Shown one piece after another: positions 21,032 through 33,716 of a stretch of 64,000 nt of DNA. Below the pieces are notes generated by a model. It was not told where the DNA came from. It saw only the letters and a list, made by a program, of their open reading frames with translations, and did no database searches. The position numbers and the translations under genes are program-made. Source of the stretch: an uncultured bacterium (lineage in GTDB: Bacteria > Krumholzibacteriota > Krumholzibacteriia > JACNKJ01); NCBI GenBank assembly GCA_963695095.1, contig CAVOFT010000001.1, positions 3,456,001 to 3,520,000 on the forward strand. Reading direction: 5' to 3'. Position 1 is the first letter of the stretch. The number at the start of each line of letters is the position of its first letter.

Positions 21032-21715
21032 ATGAAGCTCTGGCACAAGCTCCGCGAAGATCTGCGCTCGGCCCAGGAGCGCGACCCGGCCGCACAGGGC
21101 GCCCTGGAGCTGCTGTTGCTGTACCCCAGCCTCCACGCGGTCTGGGCCTACCGGCTGGCCCATGGGCTCTGGCGGCGGGGCCTGCGCTTCCCCGCCCGCT
21201 TCCTGATGAGCGGCGTCCGCGTCTTCACCGGCGTGGAGATCCACCCGGGCGCCGTCATCGGCCGGCGTTTCTTCATCGACCACGGCGTGGGGGTCGTGAT
21301 CGGCGAGACGACCGAGATCGGCGACGACGTCCTCCTCTATCAGGGCGTCACCCTCGGCGGCACCAGCCTGGCCAAGGGCAAGCGCCACCCCACGCTGGGT
21401 CACCACGTGGTAGTGGGCGCCGGGGCCAAGGTGCTCGGGCCCATCCGCATCGGCGACGGCGCTCGCGTCGGAGCAAGCAGCGTGGTGATCAAGGACGTGG
21501 CGCCCCAGCAAGTGGTGGTCGGCATCCCCGCGCGCGTCGTCGGGCACCGCGAGGACGCCGAAATCCGCCTCCGCCACCACCTGATCAATGATCCCGTGCA
21601 GGAGAGCCTGCGCGGCCTCGAGGAGCGCATCCGCTTCCTCGAGAGCCGTCTGCAGGAGCGCCGGGACCCGCCGGAGCCCGCCGGGAGCGATGTGGCGGCC
21701 GACGATCCGCGCTGA
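21032..21715 (+). CDS. cysE: serine O-acetyltransferase
   Basis: [32 protein letters not shown]; hexapeptide repeats. Confidence 0.96.
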   Translation: MKLWHKLREDLRSAQERDPAAQGALELLLLYPSLHAVWAYRLAHGLWRRGLRFPARFLMSGVRVFTGVEIHPGAVIGRRFFIDHGVGVVIGETTEIGDDVLLYQGVTLGGTSLAKGKRHPTLGHHVVVGAGAKVLGPIRIGDGARVGASSVVIKDVAPQQVVVGIPARVVGHREDAEIRLRHHLINDPVQESLRGLEERIRFLESRLQERRDPPEPAGSDVAADDPR

Positions 21716-21888
21716 GCCCCCATCGCCGCACGCGGCTGGGCCCGATTGCAGCTTCTCGCAAGCGCTTGGCGGGAAACGCGTTGATGACGCCGCCATCTTG
21801 AACCCGGCTGCCGGCTCTGGCATATTGAGGCCTCGTGCGCCGCCTCCGGGCGGTGCCTGGCCGCCACCTGTCATGAGGAGCCAAGACC

Positions 21889-22827
21889 ATGAAGAAGGTG
21901 AGCATCGTCGGCAGCGGAAACGTGGGCGTGAATACCGCCTTCTTCATCGCCGAAACCGCCGCCGCCAATGTCCTGCTCGTGGACATTCAGGAGGGCATAT
22001 CCACCGGCAAGGCCCTGGACCTCATGGAGGCCGCGCCGATTCGCCGCTATCGCACGAGCATCGAAGGCAGCGACGCGATTGCCGACATCGCTGACAGCGA
22101 AGTGGTGGTGCTCGCCGCCGGCCGCATCCGCACGCCGGGCAAGGAGCGCAGCGAGCACTTCCAGGAGAACGCCGCCACGGCGCGAGAGATCGCCGCGGCC
22201 ATCGTCAAGTACGCGCCGGAAGCCAAGGTGATCGTGGCCACCGAGCCCGTGGACGCCATCGTCAAGGTCGTGCTCGACGCCACGGGCTTCGACCGCCACC
22301 GCGTGATCGGCGTGGGCGGGATCCTGGACAGCATGCGCATGGCCTCCTTCATCGCCGACGCCCTCGGCGTGAGTCCCCGCGACATCCACGCGCTGGTCAT
22401 CGGCAGCCACACCAGCCGCATGGTGCCGCTGCCCTTCTACGCGCGCGTCAACGGCGTCGAGATCACGCAGCTCCTGGACGCGCAGACCGTGGGCCGCATC
22501 GTCGACGATACCCGCCGGGCGGGCGACATGATCGTCGACCTCGCCAAGCGCGCGAATGCCTTCTACGCGCCCAGCGCCGCCATCGCTACCCTCGTCGAGG
22601 CCATCTGCCTGGACCTCAAGCTGGTGCGCTCGGTGAGCGTGATGCTCGAGGGCGAGTACGGCCTCAGCGGCGTGGCCCTCAGCGTGCCCTGCAAGCTGGG
22701 CGCGGGCGGCGTGGAGCAGATCATCGAACTGGCCCTCAACGAGGAAGACCGCCAGGCGCTCGCCGCTTCGGCCGGTCCCGTGCGCGCGCTCGTCGCCGCC
22801 GGCGACGAAAGGAAGGGAACGCGATGA
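21889..22827 (+). CDS. malate dehydrogenase family protein, divergent paralogue
   Basis: GSGNVG, GKALDL, RTPGKER, LDSMR, GSH; canonical SNP reads TEP. Confidence 0.85.
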   Translation: MKKVSIVGSGNVGVNTAFFIAETAAANVLLVDIQEGISTGKALDLMEAAPIRRYRTSIEGSDAIADIADSEVVVLAAGRIRTPGKERSEHFQENAATAREIAAAIVKYAPEAKVIVATEPVDAIVKVVLDATGFDRHRVIGVGGILDSMRMASFIADALGVSPRDIHALVIGSHTSRMVPLPFYARVNGVEITQLLDAQTVGRIVDDTRRAGDMIVDLAKRANAFYAPSAAIATLVEAICLDLKLVRSVSVMLEGEYGLSGVALSVPCKLGAGGVEQIIELALNEEDRQALAASAGPVRALVAAGDERKGTR

Positions 22828-23762
22828 AGAAGGTCAGCATCATCGGCGCCGGGCATGTGGGCGCCACCTGTGCCTACTACGTGGCCGAGAAGAACATCGC
22901 CAACATCGTGCTCGTGGACGTGATCGAGGGCATGCCCCAGGCCAAGGGCCTGGACTTCTGCCAGGCAGCGCCTCTGCGCCAGTACGGCGTCAAGGTGACG
23001 GGCACCAACCGCTACGCCGAGATCGCGGACAGCGACGTGGTCGTCATCACGGCCGGCGTGCCGCGCAGGCCCGGCATGGACCGCATGGATCTGCTCAAGA
23101 TCAACACGGAGATCGTCAAGACCGCCGCCCGCGCGGTGGCCGAGTACGCGCCCAACAGCACGATCATCGTGGTGAGCAACCCGCTGGACATCATGTGCAT
23201 GGTGGCCCTGGATGCCAGCGGCTTCGCCCTCAGGCGGGTCTTCGGCATGGCGGGCATCCTCGACAGCACGCGCTTCCGCTGGTTCGTGGCCGAGAAGCTG
23301 GGCGTCTCCGTGCACAACGTGCAGGCGATGGTGCTCGGCGGCCACGGCGACACGATGGTGCCCCTGCCCCGCTTCACGACGGTCAACGGGATTCCGATCA
23401 CGGAGCTCCTGACCGCAGCGGACATCTTGGCCCTCTCGGACCGCACCCGCGAGGGTGGCGCCGAGATCGTCAAGTACCTCAAGACGGGCTCGGCCTTCTA
23501 TGCCCCGGCGGCGAGCGCCGCGGAAATGGTGGAGGCCGTGCTCACCGACGAGAAGCGCATCCAGCCCTGCGCCGCCTATCTGCGCGGGGAATACGGCTAC
23601 GAAGCCATCTTCCTCGGCGTGCCCGTGCTGATCGGCGCCAACGGGGCCGAGAAGATCATCGAGCTGGATCTGTCCCTCGAGGAGAAGGCAATGCTCGACA
23701 AGAGCGCCGAGGCGGTGCACGAGGGCCTCAAGGCCCTGCGCAGCTTCTACACGATGGCCTGA
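22824..23762 (+). CDS. mdh: malate dehydrogenase (LDH-like type)
   Basis: GAGHVG, AGVPRRPGMDR, VSNPLD, LDSTR, GGHGD, GSAFYAPA. Confidence 0.93.
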   Translation: MKKVSIIGAGHVGATCAYYVAEKNIANIVLVDVIEGMPQAKGLDFCQAAPLRQYGVKVTGTNRYAEIADSDVVVITAGVPRRPGMDRMDLLKINTEIVKTAARAVAEYAPNSTIIVVSNPLDIMCMVALDASGFALRRVFGMAGILDSTRFRWFVAEKLGVSVHNVQAMVLGGHGDTMVPLPRFTTVNGIPITELLTAADILALSDRTREGGAEIVKYLKTGSAFYAPAASAAEMVEAVLTDEKRIQPCAAYLRGEYGYEAIFLGVPVLIGANGAEKIIELDLSLEEKAMLDKSAEAVHEGLKALRSFYTMA

Positions 23763-23934
23763 TGACGGCGCCGCCGGGCGCCGCCCACCGGCGCCGGGCG
23801 GGAACCCGGACGGGCCGCGGCGGTAGCAGCGGGCCGTCGACATCTTCAGCGATTCCGCGGGGGGGCTTGACCCCGGCGATCCCCTCCGGTACAACGCGAG
23901 CATTCCGGGACCGCAACCTGTCAAGGAGAGTGCA

Positions 23935-24492
23935 ATGAGAAGAATCGCGCTGTTTCTCGCGCTGCTGGGCGCGGCGGCCATGCTGAGCGCCGGCTACGCC
24001 TGGGCCGAGGGGGAAGCCCACGCCTACATCGGCCTCAAGAAGTGCAGCATGTGCCACAAGAAGGAAGCCACGGGCAACCAGTTTGCCAAGTGGGAAGCGA
24101 GCGCCCATGCCAAGGCCTTCGCCAGCCTGAGCAGTGAGGCGGGCAAGGCCAAGGCCGCCAAGCTGAGCGTGGCCGATCCGACCACCGATGCCAAGTGCCT
24201 GAGCTGCCACATGACCGGCCACGGCACCAAGGCCGAGCTGGGCGGCGAGCTGCTGCTGCCGGCCGATGGGGTCTCCTGCGAGGCCTGCCATGGCGCGGGC
24301 GGCGACTACTACAAGAAGGCCACGATGGAGGAGATCACCGCGGGCACCCTGGACGGCAAGACCGTCGGTCTCGTCCAGCCCACCAAGGAAGTCTGCCTGA
24401 CCTGCCACAAGGCCGACAACCCCGAGCACAAGGGCGTCTTCGACTTCGCCGAGATGGTGAAGAAGATCGCGCACCCGATTCCCAAGCCCTAG
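23935..24492 (+). CDS. periplasmic tetraheme cytochrome c (c554-like)
   Basis: Signal peptide; CSMCH, CLSCH, CEACH, CLTCH. Confidence 0.9.
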   Translation: MRRIALFLALLGAAAMLSAGYAWAEGEAHAYIGLKKCSMCHKKEATGNQFAKWEASAHAKAFASLSSEAGKAKAAKLSVADPTTDAKCLSCHMTGHGTKAELGGELLLPADGVSCEACHGAGGDYYKKATMEEITAGTLDGKTVGLVQPTKEVCLTCHKADNPEHKGVFDFAEMVKKIAHPIPKP

Positions 24493-24526
24493 TGATCGGC
24501 CTCGCGCCGACACCGCCTGAACAGGA

Positions 24527-24555
24527 CACCCCGCCGGGCCACGCTCGGCGGGGTG
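24527..24555. terminator. hairpin between convergent cytochrome genes
   Basis: CACCCCGCCG/CGGCGGGGTG inverted repeat. Confidence 0.55.
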
Positions 24556-24595
24556 ATCTGTTTGCCCGCAGCGGTGCGGGCCGCTTGCGGCCGGC

Positions 24596-26527
24596 CTAGA
24601 TCGCCGGTCCGCGCTCCCCGGCCTCGCGCTCGGCGATGATCGCCGCTTCCTCCGCATTGCTCGCGGCCAGAGCCAGCGGGTGCTCGGCCTTGAACTGCTC
24701 CTCGGGCATGAAGCCGGTCAGCCAGGAGGGGTTCATCGGGTAGACATTGGGACTGAACACGGTCGAGTACAGGTGCCAGATGAGGATGGCCAGGAAGGCC
24801 AGCCAGGCCTCGTAGTAGTGGATGACGAGCATGACGTCCAGGAAGCCCTTGGGCAGCCAGTTGACGAAGAAGTTGTCGAACCAGAGCATGAGCCCGGTGG
24901 CGCCCATGACCATCGTGCCCCAGACCAGCGCCCAGTACTCGGCCTTCTCCACGTAGGAGAAGCGGCCGAAGGGGGGGTGCGTCTTGCTGCGGCCGAGGTT
25001 GTAGGCCATGGTGCCGATGAAGTCGCGGAAGTCCTGGCCGGTGGGCCACATCTGCTTGACGAAGATCCGCCCGCGGCGCGTGAGCAGGAAGAGCAGGTGC
25101 CAGATCGAGGCCAGCAGCAGCACCACGCCCGCGACGCGGTGCAAGTTGCCCCGGAAGGTGTAGCCGCACTCCCAGCCGAAGAGCCAGCGCGACCACCAGG
25201 CCTCGTAGAAGCGCAGCGAGAAGCCGCTGACGACGAGCACCGTGAAGGACAGGGCGAGGATGAAGTGCTGGACCACCTCGTCGGCCTCCATGCGCCGCAC
25301 CTGCTTCTTGGCCATCACCTTGCGAATCTGGTGCGCCAGGTCGATGAGCCAGTGCAGGGCCATGCCGCCGATGACCACGAAGATGAGCGCGATGTAGATC
25401 GTCCGCACGAGGCCGGCCACGCCGGTGTGCAGGCCGGTGGAGTCCTGGTGGATGGGCGTCGCGGCGATCTTGGCCGTGATGGCGGGATGACAGCCGCCGC
25501 AGGTGTGCTGGAGGTTCTGCGGGTTGATGGTCGAGCCGGGATCGCTGGCCGGCAGGATGCGGTGCGCGCCGTGGCAGGAGGCGCAGTTGGCCACGGTGAC
25601 GTCGCCGGCCTGGCTCTTGAGCCCGTGGTAGGAGTCCTGGAAGGACTGCAGGCGCCCGGTCGGCAGCTCGTACTTGTCGTTGAGCATCGCCGACTCGTGG
25701 CAAGGCGAACAGGTGGCCTCGGCCAGGCGGTGGGAGCTGACCGGCGAACGGGGATCGCTGGTCGGCAGGATATTGTGCTCGCCGTGGCAGGTGGTGCAGA
25801 TGGGCGAGTCCACCTGGCCGCGCTCGGTGAGCTGGCCGTGGATGCCCTCGTGGTAGTCCTGGGCGATGTACTGGTGGCACTTGCCGCAGGTCTTGGCGAT
25901 GTTGAAGTGGTTGATCGCCGAGTTAACGTCGCCCGGCGGCAGGATCTTGTGGGCGCTGCCGTCGGTGGAGTGGCAATCGTTGCAGGTGGCCGCCGAGTAG
26001 ATCCCGCCCAGGGCGGCCCGCCCGTGCACGCTGTTGGTGTAGACGTTCACCGGGTGCTTGAAGCGAATGCCCTGCGCCTCGGTGAAGGCGTCGTCCTCGT
26101 GGCACTTGCCGCAGGTCTTGGGCAGGTTGAGCGAGTTGACCGGCGACTCCTTCTCGACCACGGCGCGAATATCGTGGGTGCCGTGGCAGTCGCTGCAGGT
26201 CGGCACTCCGGGATTGACGCCCACCTTGCCCAGTCCATGCCGGGTGTAGACGCGGCTCACGTCCTCGTGGCACTGAGCGCAATCAGCGGCGGGGAGATCG
26301 TCCTCATGGGGCAGCTCGGCGATGCCAAGGTGACAGTCCAGGCAGCCGAGATCGGCATGGACGCTCTTGGCCAGGTGCGCCGGCGTCACCTCCACGGGAT
26401 CGCCGCCCGACCCCTGGTGGCAGTCGAGGCAGTCCTTGTCGGTGACCTGGGCGAGGCTGGGACCGGCGAGGAGGAGGCCGAGGACCAGCGCCGGCAGCGC
26501 CGCCCGGCCGGGGATGAGAGCGCGCAT
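24596..26527 (-). CDS. 11-heme cytochrome c fused to a cytochrome b membrane domain (CbcL-like)
   Basis: Signal peptide; 11 CxxCH; C-terminal FdnI/HydC-type b domain (QHF, LHR, RFSYVEKAEYWA, IHYYEAWLA, IWH). ATG after AAGGAG. Confidence 0.9.
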   Translation of the reverse strand: MRALIPGRAALPALVLGLLLAGPSLAQVTDKDCLDCHQGSGGDPVEVTPAHLAKSVHADLGCLDCHLGIAELPHEDDLPAADCAQCHEDVSRVYTRHGLGKVGVNPGVPTCSDCHGTHDIRAVVEKESPVNSLNLPKTCGKCHEDDAFTEAQGIRFKHPVNVYTNSVHGRAALGGIYSAATCNDCHSTDGSAHKILPPGDVNSAINHFNIAKTCGKCHQYIAQDYHEGIHGQLTERGQVDSPICTTCHGEHNILPTSDPRSPVSSHRLAEATCSPCHESAMLNDKYELPTGRLQSFQDSYHGLKSQAGDVTVANCASCHGAHRILPASDPGSTINPQNLQHTCGGCHPAITAKIAATPIHQDSTGLHTGVAGLVRTIYIALIFVVIGGMALHWLIDLAHQIRKVMAKKQVRRMEADEVVQHFILALSFTVLVVSGFSLRFYEAWWSRWLFGWECGYTFRGNLHRVAGVVLLLASIWHLLFLLTRRGRIFVKQMWPTGQDFRDFIGTMAYNLGRSKTHPPFGRFSYVEKAEYWALVWGTMVMGATGLMLWFDNFFVNWLPKGFLDVMLVIHYYEAWLAFLAILIWHLYSTVFSPNVYPMNPSWLTGFMPEEQFKAEHPLALAASNAEEAAIIAEREAGERGPAI

Positions 26528-26589
26528 TGGACACTCCTTGGCAGGCGAGGCGCCGGGCGCCCGGGGGCACCCGGCGAGTTGGCCGGTAC

Positions 26590-26685
26590 AGAATATGGAC
26601 TTCCGGGTCTCCAATCAAGGGTCAACGAGCGTTTACACTGGAATTTCAGGCGCTGTTTGCCTTGAATAGGGACTTCCGCTAGTCT
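26590..26685. promoter_or_regulatory. divergent sigma70 promoters, each with GGACTTCCG in its spacer
   Basis: Minus strand TTGATT-17-TATTCT; plus strand TTGCCT-17-TAGTCT; GGACTTCCG at about 26597 and 26670. Confidence 0.5.
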
Positions 26686-26715
26686 GGGCGCCCCCCATCC
26701 CGCCGGAGGTCCTCG

Positions 26716-28155
<1,440 letters not shown>

Positions 28156-28224
28156 TCCGGAAGCGACGTGGGGCGGGGTTCAGCCCCCGCCCATGCACCA
28201 AGGGTGACACGCCTTACCGAGAGG

Positions 28225-30807
28225 TCAATGCGGACCGCCCGTGGCGAAGCCGATGATGATCAGGGCAAGCAGCAAGAGTCCCAGCAGGAGGGCGAAGCTC
28301 CCCCAGGCGTAGGCCAGCACGACGGCCCACAGCGAGCGGGCCCCCACGAAGCGCGGCTCGCCGCGCTCCGTCAGGCGCTCCCACTGCGAGGGGCGCTCTT
28401 CCATGAGCTCGTCCTCGCTGATCAATCCCGTGTAGATGCTGACATCCATGGGGAATTTCTCGCTGCGCAGGTGCGTGTTGAAGAAGTGCACGATGAAGAT
28501 GAAGGCCGCGGCCAGCAGCGCCTCCTCCTTGTGCACGGTGTCGGCCAGCGACACGGCGCCGCCCCCCAGCAGGTTGCCGAAGAACTGCTCGCGCCAGCGG
28601 ATGAGGCCGGAGAGGCCGATCACCGCCACGCCCCAGAACACCGCGAAGTAATCGAACTTCTCCCAGTAGGTCCAGCGGTCGAAGCGCGGGCGCTCGGCCC
28701 GGCCGAGGAACCAGCGGATGTGCTGGACGAAGTCCGTGAAGTCCTTCTTGCGGGGCACCAGCGAGTCGGGGCCGGTCAGCAGGGGTCGCCAACCGAGGCG
28801 GCGCAGCTTGACGGCGAGCTGGCCCAGATGCAGCGCGAAGTAGAGGCCCGTCACCGCAGCGGCCAGATAGTGCAGCTGCTGGGCGACCTTGAGCGGCATC
28901 ATGTTCTCGAGGAACCACCTGCCCGGCGTGGTCTCCACGTAGGACTGAGGCAGGCCGGTTAAACAGAGCACCAGGAAGCTGACGTTGACCATGATGTGCA
29001 GCACCCGCTCGTAGGGGCTGAAGCGCCGGAAGTAGCGCTTTTCCTTGCGCAGGCGCGGGCGGATGCCGCGCTGGAACCAGAGCACGGTGTGCAGGCCGAA
29101 GAAGCCGATGACGACAAGGAAGAGCAGCTTCATCGCGCGATCGGCAGCCGAGAATGCGACCTGAAAGGCCTCGCCGCCGCGGTTGGACTCTCTGCGCGCA
29201 GTCTGGCCATCGAGCAGCGGCCGCCCGCCCGGGTTCTTCGCCCGCGCGTCGTCGATCTCTGCTTGGCTGGGCTTGATCGGGTGCACGAGGTAGCTGACGA
29301 AGTTCTCCTCGGCCTTGGGATGGCACTGCCGGCAGGTTTCGACGATATGCGCCCGGTTCACCGAGGACTCGGGGGATTCCGGCTCCTGGATGCTGTGGTG
29401 CCCATGGCAGTTGGTGCAGACGGCGAAGCGCACGCCCTCGGTCATCAGCCCGTAGAGCTTGCCATGGTAGGTGTCCTTGAAGCCCGCCACGACGTAGGGA
29501 TTGATCTCGAAGCTGAGCATCAGCTCCTTGTTGGCGTGGCAGCTCGAGCAGAGCTCCACGATGCCGTCGGGCGTGAACTTGGTCTCGGGCGAGAGAACCT
29601 GCGTATCGCCGTGACAGGTGGTGCAGCTGGGCGCCGCATCGATGCCCGCTGCCCGCGCCCGGCCGTGGATGGACTTCGCGTAGGCCAGGTTCTGCTCGGC
29701 GTGGCAGTTGGCACAGGCCGGGTGGCTGTCGCGGGCGTGGCCTTCCGCGTCGGCCACCTGCCAGTGGTAGACGTGGCACTCCGAGCAGTTGACGTCCTGG
29801 CCCGCCAGGTCCTTGTCCATGACCTTGCTGTGCGCCAGCGGCTTGCCGTCATCCGTGCGCGTGTGCTCCCGGTGGCAGTAGTTGCACTTGTTGAAGATGC
29901 CGCCGGCCTTGTAGACGACCGCTGCAATGGAGGTCATGTCCGTCTGGTGGCCGGTGTGGCAGAAGGTGCAACTCACCTTGGAGTCCGCCTCGCCGGGCTC
30001 CTTGTGCAGACTCGCGCGATGGCCGGGGTGGCAGCCGTCGCAGGTGCGCGAGATGTTCTCGGTGTGCACCCTTGATTTCGGGTCCGTCGGCTTGCGGATG
30101 GCGTGCGACTCGTGGCAATCCACGCAGGAGGGGGCGCGGTTGTCGCCGTCTTCCTCGAGGCGGCGGTAGTGCGTCGAGTGGACGTAGGTTTCGATGTCCT
30201 TCTGGTGGCAGCGCGCGCAGGTGAGGACGATCTCCTGCTTGAAGGCCGTCGCCCCCATCAGCTCCTTCTTGCCCTTGAAGTGGGGATCGTGGCAGGTGAC
30301 GCAGGTGGGGTACTTGCGCGGATCGTCCTGGTAGTGCTGCGCATGGTAGCTGTCGCGATACTGCTGCTCCTGGGCGCCGTGGCACTTGCCGCAGACCTTG
30401 ACGTTGCCGCCCGGCACCTGGGCCTTGATCTGGTGGCTGCCGTGGCAGTCCGCGCAGCCGGGGATCTGCCCGGCGAAGTTCTTGCGCTTGAGGTGCTCGG
30501 AGAAGCGCTCCATCCAGAGGTTGCTCACGCGGTCGTGGCAGGTGGCGCAATTCACGCCGTTGCCGGCCGGCCAGTGCGGGGCGTCGTCGAAATCGCCGCC
30601 GGCGTGGCAGTCGCTGCAGTCCAGATCCGCATGCACCGAACCCTTCAGGGAGCCGGGCGCGACGTGGATCGACTGGCCGGCCTCGCTCTTCATCCCGGGG
30701 TCGTCGTGGCAGTCCAGACAGGCGCCGGCCCCCGCGGCGCGGACGGTCGGCGCGAGCCCAAGGGCGAGGATCAGGGCGAGCGGCGGCGAGAAGAGGCGTG
30801 TCGTCAT
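28225..30807 (-). CDS. 17-heme cytochrome c fused to a cytochrome b membrane domain (CbcL-like)
   Basis: Signal peptide; 17 CxxCH; C-terminal RWTYWEKFDYFAVFWG, HKEEALLA, HFFNTH b domain. Confidence 0.9.
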   Translation of the reverse strand: MTTRLFSPPLALILALGLAPTVRAAGAGACLDCHDDPGMKSEAGQSIHVAPGSLKGSVHADLDCSDCHAGGDFDDAPHWPAGNGVNCATCHDRVSNLWMERFSEHLKRKNFAGQIPGCADCHGSHQIKAQVPGGNVKVCGKCHGAQEQQYRDSYHAQHYQDDPRKYPTCVTCHDPHFKGKKELMGATAFKQEIVLTCARCHQKDIETYVHSTHYRRLEEDGDNRAPSCVDCHESHAIRKPTDPKSRVHTENISRTCDGCHPGHRASLHKEPGEADSKVSCTFCHTGHQTDMTSIAAVVYKAGGIFNKCNYCHREHTRTDDGKPLAHSKVMDKDLAGQDVNCSECHVYHWQVADAEGHARDSHPACANCHAEQNLAYAKSIHGRARAAGIDAAPSCTTCHGDTQVLSPETKFTPDGIVELCSSCHANKELMLSFEINPYVVAGFKDTYHGKLYGLMTEGVRFAVCTNCHGHHSIQEPESPESSVNRAHIVETCRQCHPKAEENFVSYLVHPIKPSQAEIDDARAKNPGGRPLLDGQTARRESNRGGEAFQVAFSAADRAMKLLFLVVIGFFGLHTVLWFQRGIRPRLRKEKRYFRRFSPYERVLHIMVNVSFLVLCLTGLPQSYVETTPGRWFLENMMPLKVAQQLHYLAAAVTGLYFALHLGQLAVKLRRLGWRPLLTGPDSLVPRKKDFTDFVQHIRWFLGRAERPRFDRWTYWEKFDYFAVFWGVAVIGLSGLIRWREQFFGNLLGGGAVSLADTVHKEEALLAAAFIFIVHFFNTHLRSEKFPMDVSIYTGLISEDELMEERPSQWERLTERGEPRFVGARSLWAVVLAYAWGSFALLLGLLLLALIIIGFATGGPH

Positions 30808-30943
30808 GGCGAAGCAGTCCCTGGCGCCCCCGGGGGGTAGACGGGGAGAATTCAAGCGCCGAGAGCCAAAATACCCCGCAGGGCCGAGGATTACAACCAG
30901 AGCCGGAAATCTTCTTTGATCCTGAAACTGCTGCGCAAAGGAA

Positions 30944-30969
30944 GAGCCCCCGGGCTTTCCCGGGGGCTC
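30944..30969. repeat. perfect inverted repeat in a divergent intergenic region
   Basis: GAGCCCCCGGG-CTTT-CCCGGGGGCTC. Confidence 0.6.
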
Positions 30970-31141
30970 CTGTCGGCATCTCAGTGCTGCCAAGGGTGCA
31001 GTGTCTGGCCTGCACTACGCCCTCGCCCTCGCCGGGTTCCCGCGCCCGGCGAATCTAGCTCCTCGTTCTCGCGGCTAGGCTCGCCGCCGCGAAAGGGCTA
31101 GACTGCGCCGAGCACCCCATCGGCCGAGAGGAGCCCTCGAG

Positions 31142-33612
31142 ATGTCCGTCGCCGCCCATCGCCGCCTTGCCCTGCTGCTGCCGGCCCTGCTGCTCTCCTC
31201 CGCGGCCCTGGCCCAGACGGAGGATCTGGTCTACCAGATGCCGGCGCCGGTCCTGGCCGCGATGATCGACGCGCCTCCCACTCCCGGCGTGAGGCTGAGC
31301 CCGACCCTGGACTGGCTGCTCCTCCTGGAGTCGCCGGGGCTGCCCTCCATCGAGGAGGTCGCCCAGCCGGAGTTGCGCCTGGCCGGCCTGCGCATCAACC
31401 CCCGCAGCAACGGCCCCAGCCGCCAGCGCAGCCTGAGCGGGCTGCGCTTCAAGCGCCTCGCCGCGGCCGGGGAGGCCCTGGAGCGCCCCGTGACCGGCCT
31501 GCCCGCCGGGGCTCGCCTCGATTTCGTGACCTGGTCCCCGGACGGCAAGCGCGTGGCCTGCGTCGTGGAGGGCGCCGAGGGCCTCAGCCTCTGGAGCGCC
31601 GAGCTCGCCGACGGCCTCGCTCGCCGCATCGGCCCGCGCGATCTCGCCCTCAACGCCGTCTACGGGCAGCCCTATCGCTGGCTCGCCGACGGCAGCGGCT
31701 TCGTCGTGGCGGCTGTGCCGGCCGCTCGGGGCGCGGCGCCCGCTGCGCCCAGCGCGCCGGCGGGGCCCCGCGTCCAGGAGAACCTGGGCCGCAAGACGCC
31801 GGCCCGCACCTACCAGGACCTGCTGCAGAATCGCCATGACGAGGCGCTCTTCGACCACTACGCAGGCAGCCAGCTCTGGCAGCTGGACCTGAAGGGCAAG
31901 GCGAAGGGGCTGGGCGAGGCCGGCATCCTGCGCGACTTCGAGCTGTCCCCGGACGGTCGCTACCTGCTGGTCCAGCGGGTGGGGCGGCCCTACTCCTACT
32001 CCCTGCCGGAGGACGACTTCCCCCGGCGCGTGGAGGTCTGGGACCGCGATGGCCGCCTCGTGGCCCTGCTCGCGGATCTGCCGCTTCAGGACGCCGTGCC
32101 CATCGCCTTCGGCTCGGTGCCCACGGGTCGCCGCAGCTTCTCCTGGCGGACGGACACGGCGGCCACGCTCTGCTGGGCCGAGGCCCTGGACGGCGGCGAC
32201 GCGGGCGTCGAGGCCGCCGAGCGCGACCGCGTCTTCACCCTGGCCGCGCCCTTCACGGGCCAGCCGCAGCCCCTGATCACGCTGGCCTATCGCTACGCGG
32301 GCGCGCTCTGGGGCAACGACTCGCTGGCCGTGGTCAATTCCATGTGGTGGAAGACGCGGCAGATCCGCAGCTGGCGCGTGGAGCCCGGCCGCCCGGGCGC
32401 GGCGCCGGTGCTGATGCAGGAGCGCTCCTACCAGGACCGCTATGCCGACCCCGGCCGGCCCGTGCTCGCCCCCGGCCCCTTCGGGCGGGACGTGATCCTC
32501 ACCGCCGCCGGCGGCCGCGCGATCTACCTGATCGGCGACGGCGCCTCGCCCGAGGGCAACCGGCCCTTCCTGGATCGCCTGGACCTGGCCGGCGGCGAGG
32601 CGACGCGGCTCTTCCGCTCCGAGGCGCCCTACTACGAGCGGCCCGTGGAGCTGCTCGATCCCGCGGCCCCGCTGATCCTCACGCTGCGCGAGAGCCAGGG
32701 CGAGCCGCCGAACTACTTCCTGCGCGACCTGGCCGCCGGCAGCCTCGCGGCCGTGACGGCCTTCCCCGATCCCACGCCCCAGCTCGCGGGCATGCAGAAG
32801 GAACTGATCCAGTACCCCCGCGCCGACGGCGTGCCGCTCACCGGCACGCTCTGCACGCCGGCGGGCTTCCGGCCCGGCGTCGATGCGCCCTTGCCGCTCA
32901 TCGTCTGGGCCTACCCGCGCGAGTTCAAGAGCGCCGCCGACGCCGGCCAGGTGACGGACTCGCCCTATCGCTTCAACCGCGTGGGCTGGTGGTCGCCGCT
33001 GCTCTTCCTCACGCGGGGCTACGCGGTGCTCGATGACGCGGCCATGCCCATCGTCGGCGAGGGGGATGCCCAGCCCAACGACAGCTTCATCGCGCAGCTC
33101 GTGGCCAGCGCCCAGGCCGCCATCGACGAGGCGTGCGGCGCGGCGTGGCCGACCGCGAGCGCGTCGCCGTGGGCGGGCACAGCTACGGCGCCTTCATGGT
33201 CGCCAACCTGCTCGCGCGCTCGGACCTCTTCCGCCTCGGCCTGGCGCGCAGCGGCGCCTACAACCGCTCGCTCACGCCCTTCGGCTTCCAGGGCGAGGAG
33301 CGCAGCTTCTGGGAGGCGCCCGAGACCTACTTCGCGATGAGCCCCTTCATGCACGCCGACAAGATCGACGAGCCGCTCCTGCTCGTGCACGGCGAGGCCG
33401 ACAACAACTCGGGCACCTTCCCCATGCAGAGCGAGCGGCTCTACGACGCGATCAAGGGCCTGGGCGGCACCGCGCGCCTGGTGCTGCTGCCTCACGAGAG
33501 CCACGGCTACCGGGCGCGCGAGAGCGTGATGCACCTGATCTGGGAGACCGACACCTGGCTCGAGCGCTACGTGAAGAACGCGCCGCCCCGGGAGCAGGCG
33601 GCGCGCGAGTGA
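31142..33612 (+). CDS. S9 prolyl-oligopeptidase-family peptidase, split by a 1-nt frameshift near 33133
   Basis: Signal peptide and beta-propeller; GHSYG, DNN and ESH triad motifs lie in the second frame (33133-33612). GAG GCG TGC lacks one G relative to E-A-V-R-R-G. Confidence 0.85.
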
Positions 33613-33716
33613 TCGCAGCGAGTGCGCTCGGCGCCGTTCTAGGCGGGCGCTTCTTGGACGAAGGCCCTTTCCGGCGTGAGGCGGAGCGGTCTTTCATGGC
33701 GCTCCCTTCGCGCTAC

